Shown one piece after another: positions 13,268-26,879 of a stretch of DNA of 64,000 bases. The notes below the pieces were generated by a model. That model was given only the letters and a program-made list of their open reading frames with translations, was not told the origin of the DNA and ran no database searches. The stretch lies in the NCBI RefSeq assembly GCF_006345805.1, contig NC_043021.1:23808001-23872000 (forward strand), in the 5' to 3' direction. The position numbers and the translations under genes were made by a program. The number at the start of each line of letters is the position of its first letter. The stretch's first letter is position 1. The stretch is from Octopus sinensis. Lineage: Eukaryota.

Positions 13268-13965
13268 TATATATATTTACATGTATGTGTGTGCATGTGT
13301 GTATATATTGGGATTAGTTTTCAGTCGATAAGTAACAAATATTAACATCGCAATAAAGTTTTACTCAGTTTTCTTTCATTAATGTACTCATGTATTAATT
13401 TACTCCTAACAGGTCCAATTTAAGTGTTTTCTGCCAACTCCTTTCATAATGTTATATCTATTAAATGGCCGTTAGCCTCTGACTTCTGACTCCTGTGGCA
13501 TGGACCATACCATTAAACCAACCACATAACATACTACCTTCACTATTTTCCACAGTATAATTGAAACATGATGTAAACCGCAGCCTACGGATATATCTCC
13601 TGAGATTGACTTTATTTACTTACCACAGGATGAAATACCATGCATTATAATAACATCTTAAAATGAAGTCCTTACTTTTCCTTACCGTGTCTATTACATT
13701 ATTTAAAAAAAATCTATTTTACTCTATCTTATCATATTTTACCCTACTCAGCTAATCTAACAGAATTTCCCACATGATAGTTTCCTCACATTTGTACTCT
13801 CTGAAGAAGCCTTGAGGCTCAACCGTTATCCAATCTCTGTCCAACGTTTGTTCCTCCCTGTAGATCACTGAGGTGATGGGGATGACTTGGAAGATTCTGA
13901 GGCCTCATAGTAGAAAGGGCCCTAAGGGATTTGTATCTGTACACTCATCTATTATTATTCATCCA

Positions 13966-14002
<37 letters not shown>

Positions 14003-14056
14003 GTTACGTATTTATTGGCTGATCTCATTCGTTTACTTGTACCACTTAAACATATA

Positions 14057-14267
14057 CTCTTTTTTTTTTTACTTGTTTCAGTCATTTGACTGCGCCATGC
14101 TGGAGCACCGCCTTAGTCGAGCAAATCGACCCCGGGACTTATTCTTTGTAAGCCCAGTACTTATTCTATCGGTCTCTTTTGCCGAACCGCTAAGTGACGG
14201 GAAGTAAACACACACCATCGGTTGTCAAGCAATGCTAGGGGGACAAACACAGACAACACAAACACAT

Positions 14268-14330
<63 letters not shown>

Positions 14331-14492
14331 TACGACAGGCTTCTTTCAGTTTCCGTCTACCAAATCCACTCACAGGCTTTGGTCGGCCCGAGGCTATAGT
14401 AAAAGACACTTGCCCAAGGTGCCACGCAGTGGGACTGAACCCGGAACCATGTGGTTGGTAAACAAGCTACTTACCACACAGCCACTCCTGCC
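14057..14492 (-). mobile_element. SINE family 1, full length
   Basis: Head, internal (TA)n/(TG)n and tail all present; further copies at 45378-45788 and 39728-40288 (the latter interrupted). Confidence 0.9.
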
Positions 14493-14619
14493 CCTATCGG
14501 GTACTTTGCATCTGTACAACAACAGCAACTAAATATTGGATTGTAATAATGGAATAAGCAGAAGTGTTTCAAGAGGAAACACCCGAATACCTATCCTACT
14601 TAACTACATCATCTATCTC

Positions 14620-14683
<64 letters not shown>

Positions 14684-14710
14684 CCCATCCATCCATCCAT
14701 CCATCCATCC

Positions 14711-14777
<67 letters not shown>

Positions 14778-14785
14778 AATCTATC

Positions 14786-16522
14786 TTCGGTAATTCGCGT
14801 AAATGGACATCTATCGAGACCTTTCGAAATCGCTTCTTTACGTATTGACTCTCGAGCCATTATTGTGGAAGCTGGCAACTCTGAGGGGCATCCCGCGAGA
14901 ACTGGGATGCGGGACGAGCATGTCTGCAGGCGCGGACGACGTCATCGTCATAGTGTCTAGCCACGAGCACATCGAGCAGGTCGGCGAGACACTGAAAAAC
15001 TACGAAGCGGTGACAGGAGCGAAAATCAACCGGGAAAAGTCAGTGGGCTTGCGACTAGGCACCTGGTGAAGCAAGCCCATGCCGTCCACCAGCGCTTCCG
15101 TTGTGGGACGCTGGACCGACGGTTCGGTCGAGTTGCTCGGCGTCTGGTTCGGTCCGGACCTCCAAATGGAGAAGAACTGGAACGAGCTAACGAGTAGGGT
15201 GGTCACTCTCGCCCGTCAATGGGCCGAGAGGAAACTGTCCCTAAAAGGTTGGGCGGAGGTAGCGAACACGTACATCGCGTCCGTCATCTGACCGTCGTGC
15301 CTTGTCCCGACCCTACCATCACCAAAGTAGAACGCATTCTCTTTCGCTTCTTGTAGAAAGGATGCGTCCCGATGGTCAGGCGATTCATTTGCTGTCAACA
15401 CCCGTTAAAAGGAGGACTGGGCATGCCGTGGTTGATGATGCGCAGACACGCGTGCCGTCCCGGGTCGACCCTGAGTGACTCCATCACAACCCAAGCATTC
15501 TATAGGGGATTAGTGGAGGGGAGGTACGACGACGAGCTCGGGGCAAACCTGGACGTCGACGAGAAATACCTAACCCGCCTGTTCGGGACGACTTTCGGGC
15601 CAGGGCCCATGGACAACTTCCAGAGATCCCTGGCCTGGCAGTGCTACCGAGAAGCGCTACCCGTTCGGGATAAGCTCTACAGATACGGCTCGAGAAACAC
15701 GGGGCCGACCTGCTCGAGATGCGGTCAGAGCGACGAAACCGTTCTGCACGCACTCGTGCAGTGTCCAGCAATTTCCGACCTGTGAGCTTATGTCGAACAA
15801 CTGCTGTCACGTGTGGGACGAGTCGGTTTATCAGCTGAGTCTATCGTCAATATTGTCACGCCTCCTTCCTTCAAACGGGAAGGAAGAGCTATTTTCATCA
15901 TCCTTGTGGCTAAGGCGAAAGAATGTATCTGGTGGACGCGTCTGAAAGGATTGGAGACAAACACTTTCCTCTCTGGACAATCTCTCATCAACTTCTTCAA
16001 GTACCACTTGAAGAGGAAAGTGAGAGTAGAGAGGCAAGTTTTGTCTAGCGAATGTTTTAAAAAAAGATGGGTGAATGTAGCAAGGATGGCACGTATGAAT
16101 GACGAAGCCACCTTGAGCATAGTCCTATGAACCCAGAAATTGAAAACAGAGCGTTACCCACTTGCAAACAAATGTGGTAACATATAACAATATTGACCGA
16201 GGTTACCGTGGTCTTTTTCGTAGGCTTTTCTTCTCACGGATAAACCTTATCTGCTTCCCCCTTTACACCGTACATCATGACACTGTTTTACACGATCCCT
16301 ATTGATCGTTTTTTCCTCTTCCCCTTTTTTCCCCTTTTTTCCTCTTTTTTCTTCCTTTTTCTTTTCTTTTGTTTCTTTTCCTTTTTTCTTTTTTTTTCTT
16401 TTTTTCTTTTTTCCCTTTTGATCGAAAACCTACGCCACACTTTTTTTTCACGCCCCACAAGAAAAGCTCTACCTTGTAATTTGTCCCATTTGTGTGCAGC
16501 CCTGTGTGGACAATAAAGTAAC

Positions 16523-16523
<1 letters not shown>
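14786..16523 (+). mobile_element. Tx1-clade non-LTR copy A, 5'-truncated in the RT region
   Basis: Colinear with about 51794-53729, with stops and two deletions; (TATC)n directly at both junctions; ends AATAAAGTAACT then TATC. Confidence 0.92.
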
Positions 16524-16564
<41 letters not shown>

Positions 16565-16616
16565 GTCTATATGTCTACCTACCTACCTACCTACCTACCT
16601 GCCTACCTACCTATCC

Positions 16617-16706
<90 letters not shown>

Positions 16707-16755
16707 CTCGCTTTCTCTGTATCTATCTATCTAGCTGTCTGTCTGCCTGTCTGTC

Positions 16756-16803
<48 letters not shown>

Positions 16804-16825
16804 ATTTATCTGTCTATCTGTCCAC

Positions 16826-16891
<66 letters not shown>

Positions 16892-16897
16892 GTCTAT

Positions 16898-17910
16898 ACC
16901 CGCCTGTTCGGGACGACTTTCGGGCCAGGGCCCATGGAACACTTCCAGAGATCCCTGGCCTGGCAGTGCTACCGAGAAGCGCTACCCGTTCGGGATAAGC
17001 TCTACAGACACGGCTCGAGAAACACGGGGCCGACCTGCCCGAGATGCGGTCAGAGCGACGAAACCATTCTGCACGCACTCGTGCAGTGTCCAACAATTTC
17101 CGACCTGTGGGCTTATGTCGAACAACTGCTGTCACGTGTGGGACGAGTCGGTTTATCAGCTGAGTCTATCGTCAATATTGTCACGCCTCCTTCCTTCAAA
17201 CGGGAAGGAAGAGCTATTTTCATCATCCTTGTGGCTAAGGCGAAAGAATATATCAGGTGGACGCGTCTGAAAGGATTGGAGACAAACACTTTCCTCTCTG
17301 GTCAATCTCTCATCAACTTCTTCAAGTACCACTTGAAAAGGAAAGTGAGAGTAGAGAGGCAAGTTTTGTCTAGCGAATGTTTTAAATAAAGATGGGTGAA
17401 TGTAGCAAGGATGGCACGTATGAATGACGAAGCCACCTTGAGCATAATCCTATGAACCCAGAAATTGAAAAGTTACCCACTTGCAAACAAATGAGGTAAC
17501 ATATAACAATATTGACCGAGGTTACCGTGGTCTTTTTCGTAGGCTTTTCTTCCCACGGATAAACCTTACTTGCTTTCCCCTTTACACCATATATCTTAAC
17601 ACTGTGATACACGATCCCTATTGATCGGTTTTTTTTCCTCTTCCCCCTTTTTCCCCTTTTTTCTTCTTTTTTCATTTCTCTTTTCTTTTGTTCCTTTTCC
17701 TTTTCTTCTTTTTTTTTATTTTTATTTTTATTTTTAAAATTTTTTTTGTTCTTTTCTTCCCTTTTACGATCCCTCTTGATCGAAAACCTACGCCACCCCT
17801 TTTTTCTTTTTGTTTCTTTTGTTTTTTGTTTTTTTCATCCCCCAAAAGAAAAGCTCTACTTTGTAACTTGTCCCATCTGTGTGTGGCCCTGTGTTGCCAA
17901 TAAAGAAACT
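16898..17910 (+). mobile_element. Tx1-clade non-LTR copy B, 5'-truncated
   Basis: ORF2 C-terminus with CPRCGQSDETILHALVQC zinc finger plus 3' UTR; (TATC)n at both junctions. Confidence 0.92.
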
Positions 17911-17976
17911 TATCTATCTATGTATGTATGTATCTATCTATCTATCTCTCTATCTCTCTATCTATCTCTCTATCTT

Positions 17977-18029
<53 letters not shown>

Positions 18030-18131
18030 ATCTATTATCTATCTATCTATCTATCTATTTATCTATCTATCTATCTAGCTAGCTAGCTGTCTGTCTGTCT
18101 ATCTATCTATCTCTCTATCTATCTATCTATC

Positions 18132-18198
<67 letters not shown>

Positions 18199-18298
18199 GT
18201 TTGTTCATTTGTTTTTGACGCAGGACGAAGACGATAACAACAATAACAATAAAAACTACGACAGTAACAACGGAAATAAATGTACGTGAAATACTTAC

Positions 18299-18525
18299 TG
18301 TATATAATATTCTTGTTTTGTTTCAGTAACTTTCCGCTCGAACATTTTCCACAACACATGACGATTATCCCAGCCGACTCCGCAAAAATCATTAGAAATG
18401 TAACAATGGCGTTGTATATCTTTGACTTTATCGACGACAGTAGTACAATCGATTGTTTCAGCCTTGTAAATTTCAGCCATTTTCGTCATGAAACATTTAA
18501 TTATTGAATCCATCCAGATTTTCCC
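18299..18525 (-). CDS. STC: Stanniocalcin-like gene, internal exon (227 nt, phase 0 to phase 2)
   Basis: Acceptor CCTACCTTTACAG, donor GTAAGT; GKIWMDSIIKCFMTKMAEIYKAETIDCTTVVDKVKDIQRHCYISNDFCGVGWDNRHVLWKMFERKVTETKQEYYI; Cys spacing 15-13-6 as in STC1. Confidence 0.88.
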
Positions 18526-18748
18526 CTGTAAAGGTAGGCAAGTTTTCAGTGAAAAATGAAACAGGATTATGAGCGGGATTCTTGTGTTTTTCTTTTCTGA
18601 TGATTAATAATGATTATTATGGAAACTGATCGTATATATGCTAATCAGCTAATCGTTATTATATTGGGTAAAAGCAGATATGAGACATATATGAATGAAA
18701 TATTTATTAGAAGAGAGATAGAAATAGATATCTCAGAAAATTTAATGA

Positions 18749-18792
<44 letters not shown>

Positions 18793-19043
18793 ACAAACTC
18801 ACACATATATATCATATATATATTATTCAATCAGTTGTAACATTCATTAGAATCTACTTATCTCAACAATCAGGAAACCACGAAAGGGTCGAGTCCCACA
18901 CATTATGTATGCGTTCATACAGATACATGCATTTATACGAAAATCTATACACACACACACGTAGGTTATCGATCTAATACAGGTTATTGATCCAGCCTAG
19001 GAATAGTCCAATGGTCTGTATAAAAAAAAACAAGTGGAGCTTT

Positions 19044-19133
19044 AAAATTCACAATATCTGTTTCAGCAGCATTTTGAATAGTTTGATTACTACAATTATA
19101 TGATGAAAACATCCGCTATCATCAGGTGATTTT
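19044..19133 (-). ncRNA. Decayed type-I hammerhead-like motif
   Basis: AAAATCAC-CTGATGA...GCTGCT-GAAAC-AGATATT-GTGAATTTT; stem I pairs but stem III and the cleavage triplet are mutated relative to GAAACAGCTGTA copies. Confidence 0.4.
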
Positions 19134-19926
19134 AAACATAAGTTGGATGAGAAAATTTTAAAAGATCCGTTTTGTTAAGCCAATAGCAATGCAGAATTGA
19201 AGAACCGTTGAAAATTTAAATGACTGTCAGCGATTGACTTACGGCAGAGATTAAAGGCAATAAAATTTTATAGATCGCTCTCATAATTAATTATGCACCT
19301 AATGAGGACTAGGATAGGTAATAAATGATGAGAAGAAGACAGAGAAATGAAAAGAAAGAAGGAAGATTATAGAGGAATAAAGGTTTAGAAATTGTCTTTG
19401 CAAACTTACCACCGAGAACCAAAGTTCATGATGGCTTCAAAAGATCTGTACCATTCAAGTGATTACCACAGTTGAAGCCTACGTTATCACACACATCAAC
19501 ATAGACTCATACAAATTTAAATATACATATATATATATATATTCATATACATGAATATATGCACCTTAAAATTCATATATACGTAAGTACACAAACGTGT
19601 ATACATACATACGCATACACATAGACAACCACACCCACACACGTATATAGATACACATACGCAGATATACATACATACACGTTCATATATAAATATATAT
19701 ATATATATCATATATATATAATTGAGATTCAGTTGAATTAGGCATATAAGTTGAAACACCAAGTCAGTGTGGTATTATCCGTACAACTCAAAGTAAAGTG
19801 AATAAGATCAAAGTAAGTAACAGGATATCAAGAGGTGATGCAGTACGACTGTTTCAAGCGGTTGCATTTAATTGAACAATGCAATCATTACATCAATTTA
19901 AATGCAGAGCTATCCTCAGCTGCATG

Positions 19927-19969
<43 letters not shown>

Positions 19970-20084
19970 TGAGTATAGAAATTCGGGGTGAGTACTTGAT
20001 AATTATAAGCACCTGTGTATACCGTTTGGTCGTGTAGGTGGTGGAGTAAATTGATCAAAATAAAAACATGATGCGAAGGATTCA

Positions 20085-20162
20085 GCGGTACGTATGTTTC
20101 GGGCCTTTATTAGACAGATTTATAACAATGCATAATGTATGTCTGTGGCCTTCTTCAGCCGC
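20085..20162 (-). ncRNA. Type-I hammerhead ribozyme motif (left member of an inverted pair)
   Basis: GCGG-CTGAAGA-AGGCC...GGCCC-GAAAC-ATAC-GTA-CCGC. Confidence 0.75.
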
Positions 20163-20354
20163 GCACAACAGCTTCCACAAGGACATGTGGACATACTTCA
20201 ACATCCAAATTTCCTCATTCTACATTGAGAGAAGAAAGAGATGGACGCTTCAATTCTATGCTGCTGCCGCATTATGTCGTACGCGAATGAGAGGATTTGC
20301 ATCCCCAACCAAGAATTTTTGATGTAACACATGTCCTTGTGGAAGCTGTTGTGC

Positions 20355-20432
20355 GCGGCTGAAGAAGGCCACAGACATACATTATGCATCGTTATAAATC
20401 TGTCTAATAAAGGCCCGAAACATATGTACCGC
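20355..20432 (+). ncRNA. Type-I hammerhead ribozyme motif (right member of an inverted pair)
   Basis: Stem I GCGG/CCGC; CTGAAGA 20359-20365; stem II GGCC/GGCC with an A-C first pair; GAAAC-ATAT-GTA; predicted cleavage after A20428. Arms 20050-20189 and 20328-20467 are inverted. Confidence 0.8.
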
Positions 20433-21615
20433 TGAATCCTTCGCATCATGTTTTTATTTTGATCAATATATATATAAATATATATACACGAAAAAGAAGC
20501 ACACTCTAAATGATAGAGCAGTTAAATATGTATCTGTTATAGAATCCCCAATGGCTTCGCATCCTCGAAGCGTTAAGCTTCATGGGCGGCTCGCCAAACT
20601 GAAATCCTAGATGGTATATCTCTCTCTTCAAACAGGATATAGAAACCCGTTAGGGTCAGTTAAATTACAGGCTAAAATACTGTTTGAGACTTGTCCGCGT
20701 TATATCCCTTAGATCAGTTCAGATGGCAAATTTTAGGGACTTAAGTGACGAAAGGGGAACCTCCGCCATAAGGCTGTTTCCAGTTCGTGGGACATTTTCC
20801 CTTATTAATAACATTGTGCTATATAAATATATGTGTATGTGTATATCTGTGTGTGTGTATGTATGTGTATGCATGTGTGGATGTACGCTTAATCCATATA
20901 TATTGGATCAATGAGATACATGTGATCAAAAGTATCCTAGCCCTTCATTTGTTGTGAATATTGGAAACGAGATAAGTGATGTACTTGAGGTTGAATTAAT
21001 ACGATAAGAACTCTCGGACTAACGACATCACATATAAAGTGTACAGTTACAAACCATACCATTAAAGAAGCTTATATATATATTTCACCGCCAACAGATT
21101 CAAAATTAGTTACGATAGTTATCCTTATTCGTTCAAAACTCTGCTAGAAATCATGTCTTGATTACCGAAAGTAGAAACATTCCAAATTTCTTTGTGAACT
21201 TCGTTGGAATAATTTAGTAACGGTAATAAAAAATCAATGTTCTGTATGCAAAATGAAATACGATTTCAGAGATGATTTCGGCTTGTACAAATAAAATAAT
21301 TTACAGCTCTAACATATATCCATAGAATAATAATTAATTGTTTACATCTTGTACTAAACTGACAGTGGACTGTGCATCTTTTTGGAGTGGTGACTGTGGA
21401 ATATAAAGACTTTACATGTATAGAGTTAAATACGTAAAATTTATCTTAAGAATCATATACGAAATACAAGAATATGGAGTCCCTCGCTGAATCCAGTAAT
21501 GACCCAATATTATATTAAAAGATTTTGAGCGATTATTTTTCCAGAAGCTATTTCTCACTTTCCTTTTCTATCTCACTATCTCTTCCCTCTTTTCTTTTCT
21601 CTCTATATATACATA

Positions 21616-22034
<419 letters not shown>

Positions 22035-22090
22035 TTTCGTTTCAGCACACGATCTCAGATCAAATTACTTGCTATGCGAGTACATCTCCG

Positions 22091-22142
<52 letters not shown>

Positions 22143-22147
<5 letters not shown>

Positions 22148-22548
22148 GTGACGTATATTTGCCATTTAAATATGGCTAACCCCTAAGGGTGGATGCTACT
22201 GTAGCTTGTAGCCCCAGGAGGACACCTCCTCCAGCTAGCCATAGACACACTTTCTGTGCCCTATTAGTGTTTGCAAAGGGAAGCCATCCTTCCCGTCTTC
22301 AACTTATGATACACACGGACTCGAGTTTCTGAATATTGACCCGTCATCGGCGTGTGACAATCACAGTTGTCGATGAGAAGTCGGTTCCCTTCACAAACAC
22401 TTATACTTTTCCCTTTGCAAACACTGATAGGGCACAGTAAGTGTGTCTATGGCCAGCTGGAGGAGGTGTCCTCCTGGGGCTACAAACTACAGTAGCATCC
22501 ACCCTTAGGGGTTAGCCATATTTAAATGGCATATATACGTCACGATGT
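22143..22548. mobile_element. MITE-like element with about 140 bp inverted repeats
   Basis: ACATCGTGACGTATA...TTTGCAAAGGGAA (22143-22282) versus TTCCCTTTGCAAA...TATACGTCACGATGT (22409-22548). Confidence 0.8.
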
Positions 22549-22582
22549 GTTGTAGCTACTATTTATAACTAGCTCTGAGATT

Positions 22583-22655
<73 letters not shown>

Positions 22656-22979
22656 CAATTAATATGAAAATATGTATTAATGGAAAACCTCTATAAATGT
22701 CTGATGATTGCTCAACATTTTAAAACTGCTGTAATACTTACAATGTTTAATAAAATGATGTAGCGTGAAACGATCGTACCAAATAACCGAAGATATTCTT
22801 GTTGCTTATTTTGATTATATATATATATATATTTACATGTATGTATGTATGTGTGTATATACTCACACTCACACACATGTATATATATATATACACAAGG
22901 TGATGCACTGGTGATGCATTGGTGAATAGCCAACAGCGTTAGAGAGTATGAATATTTAATTTATAGTTGAGAAAAAGTT

Positions 22980-23680
22980 AGCTTACTTGGAGGAGTGAAA
23001 GCTATCTGACATTGTAAAAGCTGTAAGACGTGACATGAACGGTCTCAACGGCGGCTACTAAGTTGTGAGCTGTGATCAGCTGAAGGGACACATCAGCAGA
23101 CTTTCTGACTGCGTTCGTACGCCGAAATTTCTCCCACATCTCCAAACAGGGACTGAGATTCAATTTAGACGGCTATCTGAATCTGCTCGAGAATGTGGTA
23201 AATCCCTGGCTGGAGGATTTTTTTACTGGAAGCCCATACATGTAGAAACAGGGCTCAGCTCCTTGCCATATCTTCAAGAAGAGTCAGAATTGGTTGTCGG
23301 AGACTTTCTGCGTCTTTACCAGCCCTAATTTCTGGGCCTCCTAGTTCTTTACGATTATGATCTCATGGATTACTATGTTCGAGTGCGGTGGAGACAGACG
23401 CCACACGCTCTGCGTGCAACTCCAAGGCCTCGTCCATGGCCAAGATGAAGGTGTTCGAAGATCTTCTCAGAGACACAGTGAGGTACGTATGTACCAGATG
23501 CTGCAGCCGTCTTAAGGCCTTAGTGAAAGGCGAGGGAGGTTATTTTGAGTAAAGTGTTATTTGCCAGCAATATTCTAGTTGATATTTTTGGATTTTTTAA
23601 AAGGTAATTTATTTTTAGATGAGATATTTTGTCTTCTACTTTTATGGAAGCTGTTAAATTTAGCCCAAACACCCTCTACA
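22980..23680 (+). mobile_element. Decayed Tc1/mariner-superfamily transposase relic
   Basis: Frameshifted NVVNPWL...SAPCH...SQNWLSETF...degenerate WPPSSPDLNPMDY-like motif...GEGGYFE*; boundaries approximate. Confidence 0.75.
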
Positions 23681-23747
23681 AACTTTATTCACTCTTTCTC
23701 ATTCTATTTCTCACGCACAATTCTTTCCACTTAGGAATTTCACTTAC

Positions 23748-23908
23748 TACATCATTCAAAGTTTTTGCCACTGCCACATCTTCTTTACAATGTTTATACG
23801 GGTTTTCCATTCCCATGTGTTCTTTATGACAAGGGTACCTCTTATCCAAACACTCGTAAAATCTGCAGTCGATGTTTTCACTATATTTGAGACATTCGGG
23901 AGTAACTT
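23748..23908 (-). CDS. STC: Stanniocalcin-like gene, internal exon (161 nt, phase 1 to phase 0)
   Basis: Strong acceptor TTTCTTTTGTTCTTTCTTTTTCAG, donor GTAAGT; VTPECLKYSENIDCRFYECLDKRYPCHKEHMGMENPYKHCKEDVAVAKTLNDV; splices in frame to the 18525 exon. Confidence 0.9.
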
Positions 23909-24049
23909 CTGAAAAAGAAAGAACAAAAGAAATACAAAGATATTCAACAGGTTGTTGCTGATTCTTTTTATTTATTGCTACGTGGCAGTACCCCAGTATG
24001 GCTGCAGTCTAATGATTGAAATCAATAAAAAATAGATTAAAAAACAGCA

Positions 24050-24375
24050 TTCCATCGCCGGCGACGACGAGGGTTCCAGCTGATCCGATCAACGCAACAG
24101 CATGCTCTTAAAATTTGCGTGTAAGCGACTAAACACTCCACTGACACGTTTACACTTAACATAGTTCTCAGGGAGATTCAGCGTGACACAGAATGTGATA
24201 AGGCTGACACTTCGAAATACAGGTGCTACTAATTTTTTGCTAGCTGAGTAGACTGGACAAGCGTGAGATAAAGTGTCTCGTTCGAGGACATAATGTGTCG
24301 CAAGGAATTGAACACATGGAATTGAACTCACCACATTACGATCGCAAGCCGATAACCCTAACCACTAGGCCACGT
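24050..24375 (-). mobile_element. Third SINE-type repeat, decayed
   Basis: Contains CTGAGTAGACTGGACAAGCGTGAGATAAAGTGTCTCG, similar to 40940-41080; tRNA-like head near 24300-24375. Confidence 0.6.
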
Positions 24376-24681
24376 TCCTCAAACAAGTAAAGTATAATAA
24401 ATAAAAGATGACATTTTGGAGGTGAGGGCTAATCAATTATTTTATAACTAAGAGGCGAAAACATTATGTGGACGATAGAACATTATGTTAAACGAGAGGA
24501 AATAAATATACCTCACTCTTTATATTGGAATTAAAGGTAGGAAGTTGTTCTAAAATATTGATATTTACTTTTTCGACCCGAAAAGGACGAAAGGCAAAGT
24601 CGACTTCGGCGGAATTTGAAATCAGAAAGTAAACTAAGATTAATGCTGCTTAGCATATATATATATATATATATATATATA

Positions 24682-24721
<40 letters not shown>

Positions 24722-24737
24722 TAAATAGGCTCTCTTT

Positions 24738-24820
24738 CTTTTCTGATGAGAAGATTGCATTTTACACCGTTTATTCCTTTGGAATAAAACCAATGTTGTC
24801 TTCGAAACATATGTCGAAAG
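24738..24820 (+). ncRNA. Type-I hammerhead ribozyme motif
   Basis: Stem I CTTTT/GAAAG; CTGATGA 24743-24749; stem II GAAGAT/GTCTTC; GAAAC-ATAT-GTC; predicted cleavage after C24815; lies in a 300 bp unit between two (TA)n tracts. Confidence 0.85.
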
Positions 24821-25019
24821 TAAAAGAATATTAATAACATCTTCGTTCAACTCCATTTATTTACTCATACTACACAAATCACTGCACATTAACCCGGAGT
24901 TTCTACCTTTGAATAGGTCGCTTCATCCGTGTTACTTGAGTGAATTTTGCTACCCTGGTAACTGTTTATTGAATTTTCCATGTTAACGGTAAACAAGGAT
25001 AAGTCATTCATCCATTTAA

Positions 25020-25086
<67 letters not shown>

Positions 25087-25155
25087 TGTATATGTGTGTG
25101 GGTGCGTGTGTGTGTATATATTTCAAATTTGTGTAAATGAGTATAGAATAATATA

Positions 25156-25485
25156 TCAGATGAATAAAGTTACAATATGGTCTTGTTTTCGTGTTTAATA
25201 TTATTGTATTTAAAAACAATTGTTTTGAATGGTGAAGTGTGTAGAACATTAAAAAATATCTAGTAAAATTCATAAAGCTCAATTACTGTTTTCATGCGTT
25301 CGTAGTAAAATGACTGACTGTAGTAAATGACTGTTATACTTTTTAAAAGGCTCCGACAAACTGAATTTTTCGAATACAGTTTCCACCAATCAGCATCTTT
25401 AACACACTTCAACATTGTAAGCAATTTAAAAAAAATACAATTGTAAAAAACATGAAAATCAGACCATGTAACTTTATTCAACTGA
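25156..25485. mobile_element. 330 bp MITE with TA flanks
   Basis: TA-TCAGATGAATAAAGTTAC ... GTAACTTTATTCAACTGA-TA; imperfect inverted repeats of about 55 bp. Confidence 0.75.
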
Positions 25486-26879
25486 TATCTATCTATCTAT
25501 CTCTGTATATATATATATATATATACCGGGGTTTTCCGAAAATCCACCCATCCATTAGATCGCCCATGGGCGTTTATTTGGATGGGCGATTATTTGTGGT
25601 AAAAAATTGAAACAGAGTTAGTGTTCTTGTTTAGACATTCATTTACTCTACCGTGTGTCGATAAATTCAAAGGATTTTTTTTTCCGAAAAATGCAGTCGA
25701 AAGAAAATATATCAAAACTTATTCAACAATCATATACCATTACTGAATTAAACAATATTTCTTAAAGAAATACAAATACGATTCTTCTTATAGTAGAAAT
25801 TCCGTTAACTAAATTTTAAATTTAAAAAGTAGGACCAAGTGTTTATAATACATTTATCACGTTAAAAACCTAACGTAAAAAAATAGAGTAAATAGATAGA
25901 AATATGTATTTTATCTGTGAAGATATATTTTAGATTTGAGAATAATCTAAGCAAACTATAGTATATCTGTACTGGAAAAAATATGAATCCAAGTAATCAA
26001 AATAACAATACTTAAAATACATCATATACTTAAATAAAGCTAAATTACTATAATTTAATCTATATTAATTAATTAATTAAATTATATATTTATTTATTAA
26101 TTAAATAAACATCAATTTGATCAAATTATATGTACTAAACCCTATGTATAGACTTATATCTTATATGAACAACGCTGCAGTTACAACCCTGCAATAGTAT
26201 TTGGTATACATTTCAAAAATATACTCACAAATAATCTAAACTTATTATATAAGTAAATTAATTTATGTCTAGAACTAATATTTCGCTAATTAATAGAATA
26301 AACAAAGTACTTATTATTATTATTAAATTCAATTACATATAAAGAAAAAAATTCACTACCTATACTATAATATTTTACGTTACACACTATTTCACAAAAC
26401 AACCACAAATAATACTTTTAGATTTTAGTTCACATATAATAATTATAATAAGAATAATTAAATAAATGTACGTATCTTAAATTATAATTAACAAATATTA
26501 TTTTGAGTCACTATATTTTTAAAATGAATTGTTTTTGATCGATTAAAACATGACGAAACACGGGAATTCACGATAAAATCTCGCGAGACTTTTTTGTGAA
26601 CAAAAGTAATCAAGCGATCCTTGTATGATCGGCAGAGATGATGATGGTTCCTCTTTGAAATATCGGAGTGTAAAATATTGCTTATGCATACAGGGAGAGA
26701 AGTTTTCATGCCAAACGTTTAAGATTTTGTCTTTTGATTGAACGATGTTTAGCGTTTCAGTAATGTGAAACTTACATTTGGTACCCCATCCCCTGTATTT
26801 TCTGGTTTTAGCAATAATGCTCCATGGGATGTCGCGTGTCCTTTATTTTTGTTCCAAACGTTGTCCCCTTTAATTTCTT

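Noticed and set aside
13795-13835. CTGAAGA-AGCC-TTGA-GGCT hammerhead-like start
   Set aside because: No GAAA follows; at best a heavily decayed relic
14400-14492. tRNA genes in SINE heads
   Set aside because: A and B boxes are present, but there is no cloverleaf and the sequence continues into repeated SINE bodies
18595-18655. CTGATGA...GAAAC...GTA
   Set aside because: Stem I strands do not pair
18960-19480. Extra splice-like sites (acceptor near 19015, donor near 19409)
   Set aside because: Phases are incompatible or frames stop; the STC exons already join in frame without them
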